Position numbers and translations under genes: made by a program. From positions 1 to 64,000 of the forward strand of contig CBDBHE010000007.1 of the NCBI GenBank assembly GCA_965205605.1: a stretch of DNA of 64,000 nucleotides. The letters run 5' to 3'. The notes under the pieces are model-generated. The model ran no database searches, had not been told where the DNA came from, and was given only the letters and a program-made list of their open reading frames with translations. The stretch is from Spirochaetota bacterium (GTDB lineage Bacteria; Spirochaetota; UBA12135; COTS27; CBDBHE01). Position 1 is the first letter of the stretch. Every line of letters begins with the position of its first letter. Of this stretch, positions 39,959 to 50,300 are shown in pieces.

Positions 39959-41356
39959 TTAAAGAGACTTCAAAAAATCAATCATATTTTTTCTTTCTTT
40001 TTTGGAAAATTTTAAAAATGCTTTTTTTGATTTTTTTCCCTCTCCCCCATGCCACAAAATAGCTTCTTCTAAAGAAAAAGCTCTGCCATCATGCAAGTAA
40101 CGAGTATGTTTGTTGACTGTTTCAATAAGGCCAATCCCCCAAAGAGGTGGTGTCCTCCATTCATTACCTGTTGCTTCAAAGTCTTCCCTACCATCTGAAA
40201 GTAAATCACCCATGTCATGAAGTAAAAGATCTGTATAAGGATGAATCGTTTGCTCACTAAGAGCTTTAATAGAATGAATGCTTGTTTTTAAAGTTTCTAC
40301 ATGGCAAGCCGTACACTTTGCTTTTTTAAAAAGCTTTCTTCCTTTTCTTACAGAACGATTTTTAACATTACGCCTAGCTGGGACAGCGAGCGTTTGAACA
40401 TAAAAAGTAGTACTTTCTAATTGCTTTTCACTCAAATCAATTTCTTTTTTTCTTCCTTTTTTTGGAAACTTATGGTTTTCATTTGAAAACATAGAAGAGG
40501 TAATTCCAATATCATTGATAAAAGCAAATGCTACTTGTTCTTTAACAGAAGCCTTATTTGCTTTCCAACCAAACCGACCGATTATTTTTTTATTTTTAAT
40601 ATGATCCCAAACATAGTTTGGCTTTCCTGAAACACCATCACCATCAAAATCATTTTCATCGCTTAATTTAATAAGCACGTCTTCACTTACTGCTTCTAAA
40701 AGCCCCACCCCAATCATTTGAGGAGCCACTCTAGGAGAAGTTAAAAGTTTTTTAGATGGCTTACCATAGCGATAAGTATCTATCGTATAAATAGGGTTTT
40801 TTAAAATATAACCATCTCCATCCGAATAATTGCCATAAATATACTCATAATTAATAGAAAAAGAACCTTCTTCTAAAAAACCCAAAATAGCTTGATTTTG
40901 TAATTGATTTCCATAAACAGGGTCTGCCTTGGGCCCCCCATGCTTGTTTTCCCCTGCAATACTAATACGCATAATTAAAGATAAAGGAATTTCATTTTTT
41001 CCTATTGGAGGGCGCCCTCTCCCATCCATAAAGTGACAAGTAGAACAACTTTTTGCATTAAAAAGAGGCCCCAAACCATCTCGAGATTTTGTTGAAGCCC
41101 CCAAACGAACCCAGTTTTCCTTAAAGAAAGAATCTCCTAAAAAAAAAGAAATAATTTCTTTAGGGGAATGAATATTCCTAGCTCTAAAAGTAAAACTTCT
41201 AGGAGAAGCATCAAAAACAGTTGTCTCTCCACCTAATTTAATAGGCCCTTTATTTGCACAAGAAATAAAAGAAAAGCAAAAAACTATAAGTAAAAAAGAT
41301 GATTCAAAAAAACTATAGGTTAACTTCAATCCCAAACTCTTTAGCAGAAGAAGCAA
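39959..41356 (-). CDS. Di-haem oxidoreductase (DUF1111/IrpB-like) lipoprotein
   Basis: GGETT, DGLGPLFN, two CXXCH motifs (CSTCH, CTACH), GRFGWKA, PYTDLLLHDMG, WRTPPLWG, YLHDGRA; start uncertain. Confidence 0.9.
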   Translation of the reverse strand: MLLLLKSLGLKLTYSFFESSFLLIVFCFSFISCANKGPIKLGGETTVFDASPRSFTFRARNIHSPKEIISFFLGDSFFKENWVRLGASTKSRDGLGPLFNAKSCSTCHFMDGRGRPPIGKNEIPLSLIMRISIAGENKHGGPKADPVYGNQLQNQAILGFLEEGSFSINYEYIYGNYSDGDGYILKNPIYTIDTYRYGKPSKKLLTSPRVAPQMIGVGLLEAVSEDVLIKLSDENDFDGDGVSGKPNYVWDHIKNKKIIGRFGWKANKASVKEQVAFAFINDIGITSSMFSNENHKFPKKGRKKEIDLSEKQLESTTFYVQTLAVPARRNVKNRSVRKGRKLFKKAKCTACHVETLKTSIHSIKALSEQTIHPYTDLLLHDMGDLLSDGREDFEATGNEWRTPPLWGIGLIETVNKHTRYLHDGRAFSLEEAILWHGGEGKKSKKAFLKFSKKERKNMIDFLKSL

Positions 41357-42512
41357 TTAAAAACCCAAGCGAAAGTATTTTTTCCGAAGCAGTTGCAATT
41401 CTTTTTCTACCCTCTTCATTAGAAATTTTGATTTCTTGATCAAAAGGGTCTTCAATTGCTTTGCAAGCTTTTTCAGCTACTTGTAAAGCCATTTCAATTT
41501 GCTTTGATTTTTTTTTGTTTTTTCTTCTAAGTAAACTTAAATAATTTGCTTTAAGTTTTTCTGATCCGTATAAGCCTTTTAAAACTTGCTTCGCTCCATT
41601 AAAATTATTAATAATATCCAATTTCGTTTGATCAGAAAAACAAGATTGCTCATTTTCCTTATCATTTGATTCAAAAGCAACCATCATTCTCTCTCCAGCA
41701 AGCTCTTCATAAAGTAAAAAAGAAACCCCTTGTAATATTTTCTTAAGGGCCTCTTGATGAGAAAAAGCAAGGAATTGACTTCTATAATTATTACCATTAT
41801 CAACCTTCCAAGCTTCTACAATCTCTTTAAGATGATTTACTAAAATTTCAGCCGTGAGCATTAAATATTGTTTTCTTCTTTCATAATTTTTTTTACTTTT
41901 TGTATAATCGGTATAGGCTCTTTTTCCCGCTTCTTTATTATCACTTAAATCTTGCCCCCAAAGTAAAAACTCAATCGCATGATAGCCCAAACTAATACTC
42001 TTTTCTCCCGGATTTCCATTAAGCTTTATGAGTTTTTCTTTGCTAAGAGCAATACTAATGTCATTAATAATGCCACTGCTTTCATTACCTAAAACATAAT
42101 CAATATGTGCTTCATCTAAAGGCCAAGGGTTAATAAAAGATTCAATATTTTTTTCATTATCAATAGGACCCCCATAAAAACGAAATACTTCCGTTTTTCC
42201 ATAAGCAATTCTCGCATTGATCCAAGCTAGCTTTACTTTTTTAAACTTTTGATCACTAGGATCATTAATAAAAACTTCTATTTCATTTTTTAATTTAAGT
42301 GCCGACTGATAACTCCCATCATAAGCTTTAAAAGCTAACTCAACATATGCCTCAATAAATTTTTTAGTTTGATTAACATTAGTTTCTCTTAAAGAACAAC
42401 CTGCTAAAGCCAAAGCTAACAAACAAAAAAGACTCCAAAATAAAAAAAATTGCTTATTAATAACAAGATTTTTTTTATTTTTAAATGAATTTGTATTGTT
42501 ATTCATTTTCAT
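41313..42512 (-). CDS. Imelysin-family iron-regulated lipoprotein (IrpA/LruB-like)
   Basis: Lipobox LAGC, TEVFRFYGGPID, NPWPLDE..IDY, GYHAIEFLLWGQD, ELAGERM, E.SCFSD.T. Confidence 0.92.
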   Translation of the reverse strand: MKMNNNTNSFKNKKNLVINKQFFLFWSLFCLLALALAGCSLRETNVNQTKKFIEAYVELAFKAYDGSYQSALKLKNEIEVFINDPSDQKFKKVKLAWINARIAYGKTEVFRFYGGPIDNEKNIESFINPWPLDEAHIDYVLGNESSGIINDISIALSKEKLIKLNGNPGEKSISLGYHAIEFLLWGQDLSDNKEAGKRAYTDYTKSKKNYERRKQYLMLTAEILVNHLKEIVEAWKVDNGNNYRSQFLAFSHQEALKKILQGVSFLLYEELAGERMMVAFESNDKENEQSCFSDQTKLDIINNFNGAKQVLKGLYGSEKLKANYLSLLRRKNKKKSKQIEMALQVAEKACKAIEDPFDQEIKISNEEGRKRIATASEKILSLGFLIASSAKEFGIEVNL

Positions 42513-42530
42513 TTCTTTCTATCCTTAAAA

Positions 42531-42594
42531 TAAGTTTCTTTTTTGAAAAAAAGTTAACTTAATGAAACATTATATACTTTTTGAAAAAAAAAAT
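42531..42594 (-). promoter_or_regulatory. Promoter/operator cassette, copy 1 (upstream of imelysin)
   Basis: Near-identical to 43624-43686; minus-strand TATAAT -10 overlapped by the imperfect palindrome AAAGTTAACTTAATGAAACATT (42550-42571). Confidence 0.75.
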
Positions 42595-42642
42595 CGACTA
42601 AATTTTTTTTTATTCTATTCTTAATATTTTAATTAAGCTTAA

Positions 42643-43605
42643 TCAAGATATTAATTTGTTTTTAGAAGTATTTAAAAAAATTTTAGCCCGATACCATATA
42701 AACAACCCAAGTGAAAGACTAAAAATCCATAAAAAAAATTCAATCCAATTAGGGTTGGAATTATACCCAAAAAATATTTTTAAATACATTCCTATTAAAC
42801 CTTTATCATGAAAATAGTGATAATATTTACCATCTTTATATTGATAAAAAAATACCCAATCTTTTTCACTTAAAGTTTTTTTAGGCTTTAAAATATCCCA
42901 AGGTCGTTTAATCTGATCAGCTGCTTTAATAATCACTTGTTGATTTTCATCAACTTTATCTTTAATACCAAAAAATTTTAATTGATCGCTTTTCACAAAA
43001 AACTCTTCTATCTCATGAGTCCCATAAGTAATCATTCCAGAAGCAAAAATAATTAAAAGTAAAGTCGTTACCGTAAAAAGAGGTTTTAAAGAAAGCTTTT
43101 TCCCCTTTACAAAAATTAAATAACCAACCAAAATCGCCAGAAAAAACCCTAAAAAAAACCCTAAATAAGAAAATTTTTCAGCAATGTTAAACGAAGAAAT
43201 TAAAAAAATTGCTGTTTCAAAACCTTCTCTTAAAACAGCAAAAAAAGCCATTAAAAACACAATCGAATAACGCCTTAATGTATGCGCTTTATGCGTTTTT
43301 TCTTTTATTTCTTCCTGATATTTCGTAATACTTCCAAGCCAAACGACCAAATAAAAAATAAGCCCTCCTGCAAGATACATCATAAGACCTTCAAAGAGCT
43401 TTTCTACAAAATGATGATCCATCATACGGTTAATCACAATAAGAAAATAAGCACAAAGAATAGACCCTAAAAGACCTAAAGCAGCCCCAAGAACAGTATA
43501 AAAAACACCTTTTTTATCATTAAATTTATTAAATAAAATGAGAATCAATCCAATAATAATAGAAAACTCTAAGGTTTCTCTAAAAACAATTAAAAATTCG
43601 TTCAT
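42643..43605 (-). CDS. FTR1/EfeU-family iron permease
   Basis: Two REXXE motifs (FRETLE, LREGFE), multiple TMs, C-terminal FFGYN.NP. Confidence 0.9.
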   Translation of the reverse strand: MNEFLIVFRETLEFSIIIGLILILFNKFNDKKGVFYTVLGAALGLLGSILCAYFLIVINRMMDHHFVEKLFEGLMMYLAGGLIFYLVVWLGSITKYQEEIKEKTHKAHTLRRYSIVFLMAFFAVLREGFETAIFLISSFNIAEKFSYLGFFLGFFLAILVGYLIFVKGKKLSLKPLFTVTTLLLIIFASGMITYGTHEIEEFFVKSDQLKFFGIKDKVDENQQVIIKAADQIKRPWDILKPKKTLSEKDWVFFYQYKDGKYYHYFHDKGLIGMYLKIFFGYNSNPNWIEFFLWIFSLSLGLFIWYRAKIFLNTSKNKLIS

Positions 43606-43623
43606 AAGTTTTTTCTAAGAAAT

Positions 43624-43690
43624 TAAGTTAATTTTTTGAAAAAAAGTTAACTTGAAGAAACATTTTACACTTTTTGAAAAAAAAATGCAA
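43624..43690 (-). promoter_or_regulatory. Promoter/operator cassette, copy 2 (upstream of FTR1)
   Basis: Minus strand TTGCAT-17 bp-TAAAAT; palindrome AAAGTTAACTTGAAGAAACATT (43643-43664) overlaps -10/+1. Confidence 0.75.
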
Positions 43691-43699
43691 AAAAAAGGA

Positions 43700-44449
43700 T
43701 TATTTTTTATTTTTAGGTTTGTAATATTTCCATTTTCTTCCAAGGATATCAGCTAGCTTTTTTTCTAAAGCTTTGACTTGCAACAAAACTTTCTGCATTT
43801 CCTTATCTAAGTGAGACAGTTGATCAGCAAGATAATACGGATTTTCTTTTTCTAAAAATCGATTAAAAGATTGAACATTCTCCCCAATCTTAGCTAAAAG
43901 ATCCTCCATTCCCCAATAAGGACCCTTAATACGAATATAATTATTTTTAGAAAAAATTCTAAAATCATAAAATAAAGTTTGCTCATAATAAAACCGAAAT
44001 CCCGATGGTAAAGATTCTTTAAATCCTACTATGTCAGATTTGACTTTTTTAGGATAAATAACGAAACTTAGTTTTTCATCCCCTTCATAATAAAAAGTAA
44101 TTTTATCAAAAGTCATCATTTTGTTTTGATAAAACATATCAATGGTTTCTTTAATTAAGTCTTGAGTTGGTTTTAAAAGATTGTTTTTATAATTTACAAA
44201 AACCGTTACTTTATTTTTGTAATTCAATTTAAAAACTTTATAATACTTACTAACTTTAAAATCAACCTCTTTTAATTCTGCTACAAACCATTTATCGTTT
44301 TCAGACTTTACGGCAGAAGCTTTATTTTTATTTTTTAAGATTTTTTTTTTTGTGAGTGTCTTTTTATTATTCTTCAAAGGTTTATTCTGAGAAAAAACAC
44401 CTGAAAACAGTAAAAATAAAAAAGTGGTGGACATTATTAACTTAATCAT
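43700..44449 (-). CDS. Hypothetical secreted protein with C-terminal coiled coil
   Basis: Signal peptide (LLFSGVFSQ); LPSGFRFYY....YDFRI block; last gene of the cyclase operon; AAGGA RBS. Confidence 0.7.
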   Translation of the reverse strand: MIKLIMSTTFLFLLFSGVFSQNKPLKNNKKTLTKKKILKNKNKASAVKSENDKWFVAELKEVDFKVSKYYKVFKLNYKNKVTVFVNYKNNLLKPTQDLIKETIDMFYQNKMMTFDKITFYYEGDEKLSFVIYPKKVKSDIVGFKESLPSGFRFYYEQTLFYDFRIFSKNNYIRIKGPYWGMEDLLAKIGENVQSFNRFLEKENPYYLADQLSHLDKEMQKVLLQVKALEKKLADILGRKWKYYKPKNKK

Positions 44450-44475
44450 TTTTTTTTAATTCCTTTATATCTTGT

Positions 44476-45552
44476 TTATAAAAAAAGTACAATACTATCT
44501 AAAGACTCTATTTTTTCACTACTTTCATCAGGAGAAATCCATTTGATAACTTCTCCTTCAAAAGAATTGTCTTTTTTTCTAACTAAAATTTCTGCTTTAA
44601 GATTATCATTTTTTCCAATAACATGAGCCTTTGTGTTATTTTTCACTTTGTCATAAAGAGGGTGAATATAAAGCTGAAGAATCTTCCCTTTAATATTTAA
44701 AACAATGCCAACTTGTCCCGTTTTATGCATATAATAATTAATACTTTTACGATAATTATCGATTTCATTTTCATATTTATTTTTTAAATTACGAACAAAA
44801 ATATCAAAGGTTTTTTTTCTTTCTAAAAGGATTTTATCAAAGTTTTCTTCTGCTATTTCTAAATCAGACAAAACGAGATTTACGGCTGCTTTAATTTTAA
44901 GATCCATCAACTTTTTATTATTATCAATAGCAGTATCTCCATCTCCAATAATATTTTTATTTTTTTTCTTTTCTAATAAAATTTTTTGTTGAATTACGGC
45001 AATATCCACACTATTTTTTCTAAATTTTTTTGCAAAAAAAGTCGTAAGTCTAGTAATGTGATAATTAGATTTTATGTCTAAATCGTTGAGTTTTTTTTCA
45101 AATAAAGCCGGATCTATTTCTTCTTTTTCTAAAAGCTCCCTTTTGAAAGCATGAAGGCTTTTATGTTTCTTAAAAGCTCTCTTTTTTCTTCTTAATATTT
45201 CATCTTTTTGAGAAAGGAACCCATCAAGTTCATTTTTTAAATCTCTGATTTTAAAATTAACATCTTGAATATCAATAGTCGCAAAATCATTAATACCAAG
45301 ACCAGCATCTTGTTCCTGACCTTTTTCCTTAATAAAACTAGCCCCAAAAAAGGAAAAAAGAAAAAAACAACTCACAAAACTCAACATGATGATAGGAATA
45401 AAAAAATTTTTCTTTTTCTTTAATTTTAAAATTTCTTCATTAAGAAAATAATCTGTTTTCTTTTCAACTCTTTGTCTAACTGCTTTTGCATCAACTGATA
45501 AAAAAGCTTCTTTAATTTCAGTAATAATTTTTTCTTTATTTGTCTTACTCAT
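44476..45552 (-). CDS. Hypothetical single-TM coiled-coil protein with small C-terminal beta-barrel
   Basis: Likely start ATG 45552 overlaps the cyclase stop (ATGA); one TM, long helical region, C-terminal G.V..I.G....L...K.EI.V....F.G.V......I...D.I pattern. Confidence 0.7.
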   Translation of the reverse strand: MSKTNKEKIITEIKEAFLSVDAKAVRQRVEKKTDYFLNEEILKLKKKKNFFIPIIMLSFVSCFFLFSFFGASFIKEKGQEQDAGLGINDFATIDIQDVNFKIRDLKNELDGFLSQKDEILRRKKRAFKKHKSLHAFKRELLEKEEIDPALFEKKLNDLDIKSNYHITRLTTFFAKKFRKNSVDIAVIQQKILLEKKKNKNIIGDGDTAIDNNKKLMDLKIKAAVNLVLSDLEIAEENFDKILLERKKTFDIFVRNLKNKYENEIDNYRKSINYYMHKTGQVGIVLNIKGKILQLYIHPLYDKVKNNTKAHVIGKNDNLKAEILVRKKDNSFEGEVIKWISPDESSEKIESLDSIVLFL

Positions 45553-47282
45553 TTTTTGGTCATCTCCCAAATTCCTTGCCAATTAGGAGGGACTTTCATC
45601 TTTGTTCTCTTTAAAAATTCATCCTTTATAGGAAGATCTATTTTTTCTAAAAGCTCATTGGCTTGCTTCCAATCGCCTTGATAATATTTTTTCAAAGCAA
45701 TTTTAAAAGCATCCATATTTTTAACCTGCTTTGGTGAAACCATATTTTTATAAACAGGCCAGTAAACTTTACTAAACTCTCTCTTCCCTTTTACTCGCAC
45801 CATATCAATTTCCAAGAAAATGATATCATGATTTAAAACATTTTTTTCAATATCCTCCTTAATAAAAGAAGAACAAATTACAGGGACTTTATACACTCGC
45901 GTCAGACTCTCTAAACGAGAAGCCGAATTAACCCTATCCCCGATAACCGTATTTGTCATTTGCCTATTTGAACCAATATTCCCATAAAAAACTTCTCCCA
46001 TATCTAAACCAACACCCACATCAATTAAAATAGCCTTATAAATATTTTCTTCTTCTTCAGTGAAATCTCTTCCTTTTGTTTTTAAAAGCTCTTTTTTTCT
46101 TTCTTCCATTTTAGATCTAAAACCTAAAGTAGAGTTAATGATTTTATAAGCAGATAAAAGAGCTTGATAAGATTTATTTTTCTTTTTACTACTAAACGTG
46201 CCATAAATAGCCAACAAAGCATCTCCGATAATAGCTCCCATAATGCCTTCTTCTTCAATAATATTTGAAATCGCTTTATCATAATGAATGTTAAGTAATT
46301 CAATAATATCACTACCTAAGGTTTCTGTAATAAAAGTAAAACTTTTAATATCTGTAAAAAGAATCGCTAGTTCTTTTTTGCTTCCTTCAAGCCGAATGTC
46401 TTTTTCTTTATAAATTTTTTCAACAAGGTCATCACTAACGAATTTTCTAAAAATAGTAATTAAATTATTAATCGTACTAGAAAGAGCATTAAAAGACATC
46501 CCTAAATAAGTAATTTGATCCACAGGAGCATTTTTTAAATCAACATATTCAATTTTTTGACTCCGGTTCATGCCCATTAAAGCATTTGTAATATAACCGA
46601 TAAAGCGAAGAATACTCCTCATAACAATAAGCCCTAAAATAGAACAAATAAAAGTAAGAATAATGATAATAAAGACTATATTCTTAAAAGCTTTTTTACT
46701 TTCTGCTTGGAATTCATTTGTTTCTTCGGCTTTTAAAATAAAAAGCTTCCAATCAGGGTGATATTTATAAACACCATAGTATTCTCTATTTAGAAAATTA
46801 AAAGAAAGGATCCCTTCGCCTTTATCTTGTTTATCATTTTTATCGATACCAATAGTTGTAAAATGAAGTTTTTTGTAATCTTTAAATTTTTCTTCTGAGC
46901 CAATTTTAGAAGAATAAAAAGCAATTTTTCCATTTTTTTCAATGCCTAAAATAATGGAATTTTTATTTTCTAAAAGACCATCTCCTATTTGAGTAATGGT
47001 CTTATAAGACTCTTGATTATTATTATTAGGTTGATATTTTTGAATTTTATATTGATTGCTTGTGAAGGTATAAATTTCTTTTAAATCTTTAATTAGAATT
47101 TTTTTTAAAAGCCTTGTCATAATCGATCGATTATAAGCCAAATTAAAATAATTAGTTGTGAAATTAGAAACAAAAATGAAAATAATAAAAACAAATAAAA
47201 TTTTAATCGTAACAGGAGTAATTCGAGCTTGCCCGATTTTTTCTCCTAAAATACTTTCAACTAATTTTTTAAAAAATGACAT
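45549..47282 (-). CDS. Membrane class III nucleotide (adenylate/guanylate-type) cyclase
   Basis: Two TMs around an extracytoplasmic Cache-like region, HAMP-like linker, LFTDIKSFT, IIGDA, G.VFYGNIGS, TVIGDRVNSASRLE, RVKGK, C-terminal PPNWQG tail. Confidence 0.9.
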   Translation of the reverse strand: MSFFKKLVESILGEKIGQARITPVTIKILFVFIIFIFVSNFTTNYFNLAYNRSIMTRLLKKILIKDLKEIYTFTSNQYKIQKYQPNNNNQESYKTITQIGDGLLENKNSIILGIEKNGKIAFYSSKIGSEEKFKDYKKLHFTTIGIDKNDKQDKGEGILSFNFLNREYYGVYKYHPDWKLFILKAEETNEFQAESKKAFKNIVFIIIILTFICSILGLIVMRSILRFIGYITNALMGMNRSQKIEYVDLKNAPVDQITYLGMSFNALSSTINNLITIFRKFVSDDLVEKIYKEKDIRLEGSKKELAILFTDIKSFTFITETLGSDIIELLNIHYDKAISNIIEEEGIMGAIIGDALLAIYGTFSSKKKNKSYQALLSAYKIINSTLGFRSKMEERKKELLKTKGRDFTEEEENIYKAILIDVGVGLDMGEVFYGNIGSNRQMTNTVIGDRVNSASRLESLTRVYKVPVICSSFIKEDIEKNVLNHDIIFLEIDMVRVKGKREFSKVYWPVYKNMVSPKQVKNMDAFKIALKKYYQGDWKQANELLEKIDLPIKDEFLKRTKMKVPPNWQGIWEMTKK

Positions 47283-47326
47283 GACTAAATAATGCTAGTA
47301 TCTTAAATTAATTAGAAACAACTCCT

Positions 47327-50300
47327 TTATTTGTCTTGTACATCGGTATTTTTTTTATGTTCATTAACTAAAAAAAACTCGACTCTTCGATTTTTCAAAT
47401 AATTAAGTTCTGTTAATTTTTTTCTTTCAGAAGAAGAAAACCGAGATCTTCTGATAACTTCTTGCTTCACAAGCAATTCTTTTTTACCTTTTCCTAAAAA
47501 AGAAAGCGTACTTGGCTCAACCCCACTTTTAATAAAATAATTATAAACTGCTTTCGATCGTTTTTCTGAAAGTTTCTGATTATATTCATCACTCCCTCTA
47601 GAATCTGTATGCCCCACAATTAATATATTATATCCTTTAAAACTAACTAAAACATCAAGTATTCTAGTTAAAATTTTCTGATAGTCTCCGACCATTTTAT
47701 CCGAATCAAAAACAAAATTAACCGTATTAATAATAATGCGAAACTTTCCATCTTGAGTGGTTTCGACTAAAAAACCAACTTTGATTTTTTTAGAAACTAA
47801 TTTCACATTCCCTGCCGCATCTGTTGTCTTAAGAACAATAGCATATTCTTGACCTGTTTTAAGATTTTTACCCTTTTTTTTATCATCCCAAGCAACATAA
47901 AGCAAATTGGTTAAAACACTTCCTTCCCACTCCCAAACTTGTAATGGATCTTCATCGAAACTCTTTAAAAATTTGGCTTGATTTGTCTCTCCTTTACGGA
48001 AATTAAATTTAGGTGCATTTTGATAAATGAGCAATTCTGTTTTACCAACACTCTGATTATCTTCACTTTCAACCCCAATCGTCAGTTGATTTAAATTTTC
48101 AACTTCTACAGAGGGCTTAAATTTACCTGATGCTTTAAGAAAAATAACAGGTGGCTTACTATCCACAATCAATTTAATTTTTTTAGAAACAATATTAATT
48201 CGATGCTTATATTTAGCCACTGCCCATATTTTATAAACATTATCTTCTCTCCAAAACGCTTCTTCAAGATTTTTATTTAGAATAATTGAAGATGGCTTTT
48301 TGTATGAAATGATATTAGTTATTATTTTTCTATTTCGCCTATTTCTAAAAGTAAAATAATAGTCAATCCCTTCAAAATATTTGAAGTTATCAAGAGTCGA
48401 CAATAATTTGATAGGGTTTTTCTCTGCCTTTAAATTAAAGTACCCTTCTCCCTCAGAAAAAAACAATTTAAGATTAGCTACGTTTTTTCGAATCAAAATT
48501 ACTTTCAAGGCTTCACTAGACCAAACATTATTTCCTCCATCTTTTGTAATTAAACGAATAAAATAAGTCCCTTCAGGAACATCTTTCCTATTGTCATCTT
48601 TTCCTTTCCAAACACATTTTCTTAAATCAAAATTCATTCCTTCAAGTGTAACCGTTTTACCTTTTTGATCCTTCACTTCAATCCAAACAGCGTTTCCTTT
48701 TCTCCATTTTTTAAAATCTTCTTTAGCGATATCTAGTTCAAACTGTTCATTAAAACCATCTCCATTAGGAGAAAAATAAAGATTTTTAAAAGAAAAATTA
48801 AGTTTCAAAGGCTCGGTATCAACCACAAAAAAACGACTAGTCGTTAAATTTTCATTGCCATCAAAAAACAAACTATATTCATACTTATAATCAGTCCCAT
48901 CTGAATATGGAAAAGGAGTTTTGTTATTATCAGGATAATTGACACCTTCCACATCATTTTTAAGCTCATATTTTTTAATGACTCTATCTCCTTTAAAAAC
49001 CCTTAAAAAACCTCTTAAAAACCGTTTTCTTGTTTCTAAAGGAAGATTAAAACTAACTGTAAAATAGTCCTTTTCTCCGTCTCCATTAGGCGAGATTCTC
49101 ACCAATTCAGAAGAGACGGAAACATTCACCTTTTTAGCAAAAACCCTAAATGCTTTAGTCCTAACTAAAGCTTCATTACCCGCCTTGTCAGTTACCTTTA
49201 ACTCATAAATATAATTACCACCTACAACACTTTCCCCTTTATTATCTAAACCCGCCCAATTAAAACTCCACTCTTCTTGAAAAGATTCTTTATTCTCAGG
49301 AGTAATCTCATAATTTTTACTTAAAAAAACTTGTCTTTTATTCGTCTTAGATGAAAAAATTTTTAGATTAATGCTCTTCACATTCCTATCTTGTGTTTCT
49401 TGGTAAAAGTTAATCGACCGATTGCCAGTTAAGCTCGTTTTATCTGTAATAAAAGAAGTTACGTCATGATTTAATGTTACCTTCGGCTTTGTGTTATCTA
49501 TCACAAAACTACCTGTAAACTTTAATACCTGTGCTCCATCAAACCAAAACTCACTATCATACCCATATTCCCCGTCTTGAAGCTTTTGGTTTTTAAAAGA
49601 GTACACTCTCTCTTTTTTTAAAAGATCCTTCACTTTTTCTTCATACACAACCTTCTTTACACCAGTCCCGTTTTTTTTATAAAAAACAATTTTTCCATCT
49701 TTGAAAATCTGACGACTTGCCTTGGGAAAACTAAAATTGAGTTTCAAAGCATCTAAAACATTATCTCCATTAAGAGAAATATACTTCGTTTTCGTTTCAA
49801 CGTTCCCCTTAGCTTTTTCTTTACATACCCTAAATGCTTTAGTCCTAACTAAAGCTTCATTACCCGCCTTGTCAGTTACCTTTAACTCATAAATATAATT
49901 ACCACCTACAACACTTTCCCCTTTATTATCTAAACCCGCCCAATTAAAACTCCACTCTTCTTGAAAAGATTCTTTATTCTCAGGAGTAATCTCATAATTT
50001 TTACTTAAAAAAACTTGTCTTTTATTCGTCTTAGATGAAAAAATTTTTAGATTAATGCTCTTCACATTCCTATCTTGTGTTTCTTGGTAAAAGTTAATCG
50101 ACCGATTGCCAGTTAAGCTCGTTTTATCTGTAATAAAAGAAGTTGCGTCATGATTTAATGTTACCTTCGGCTTTGTGTTATCTATCACAAAACTACCTGT
50201 AAACTTTAATACCTGTGCTCCATCAAACCAAAACTCACTATCATACCCATATTCCCCGTCTTGAAGCTTTTGGTTTTTAAAAGAGTACACTCTCTCTTTT

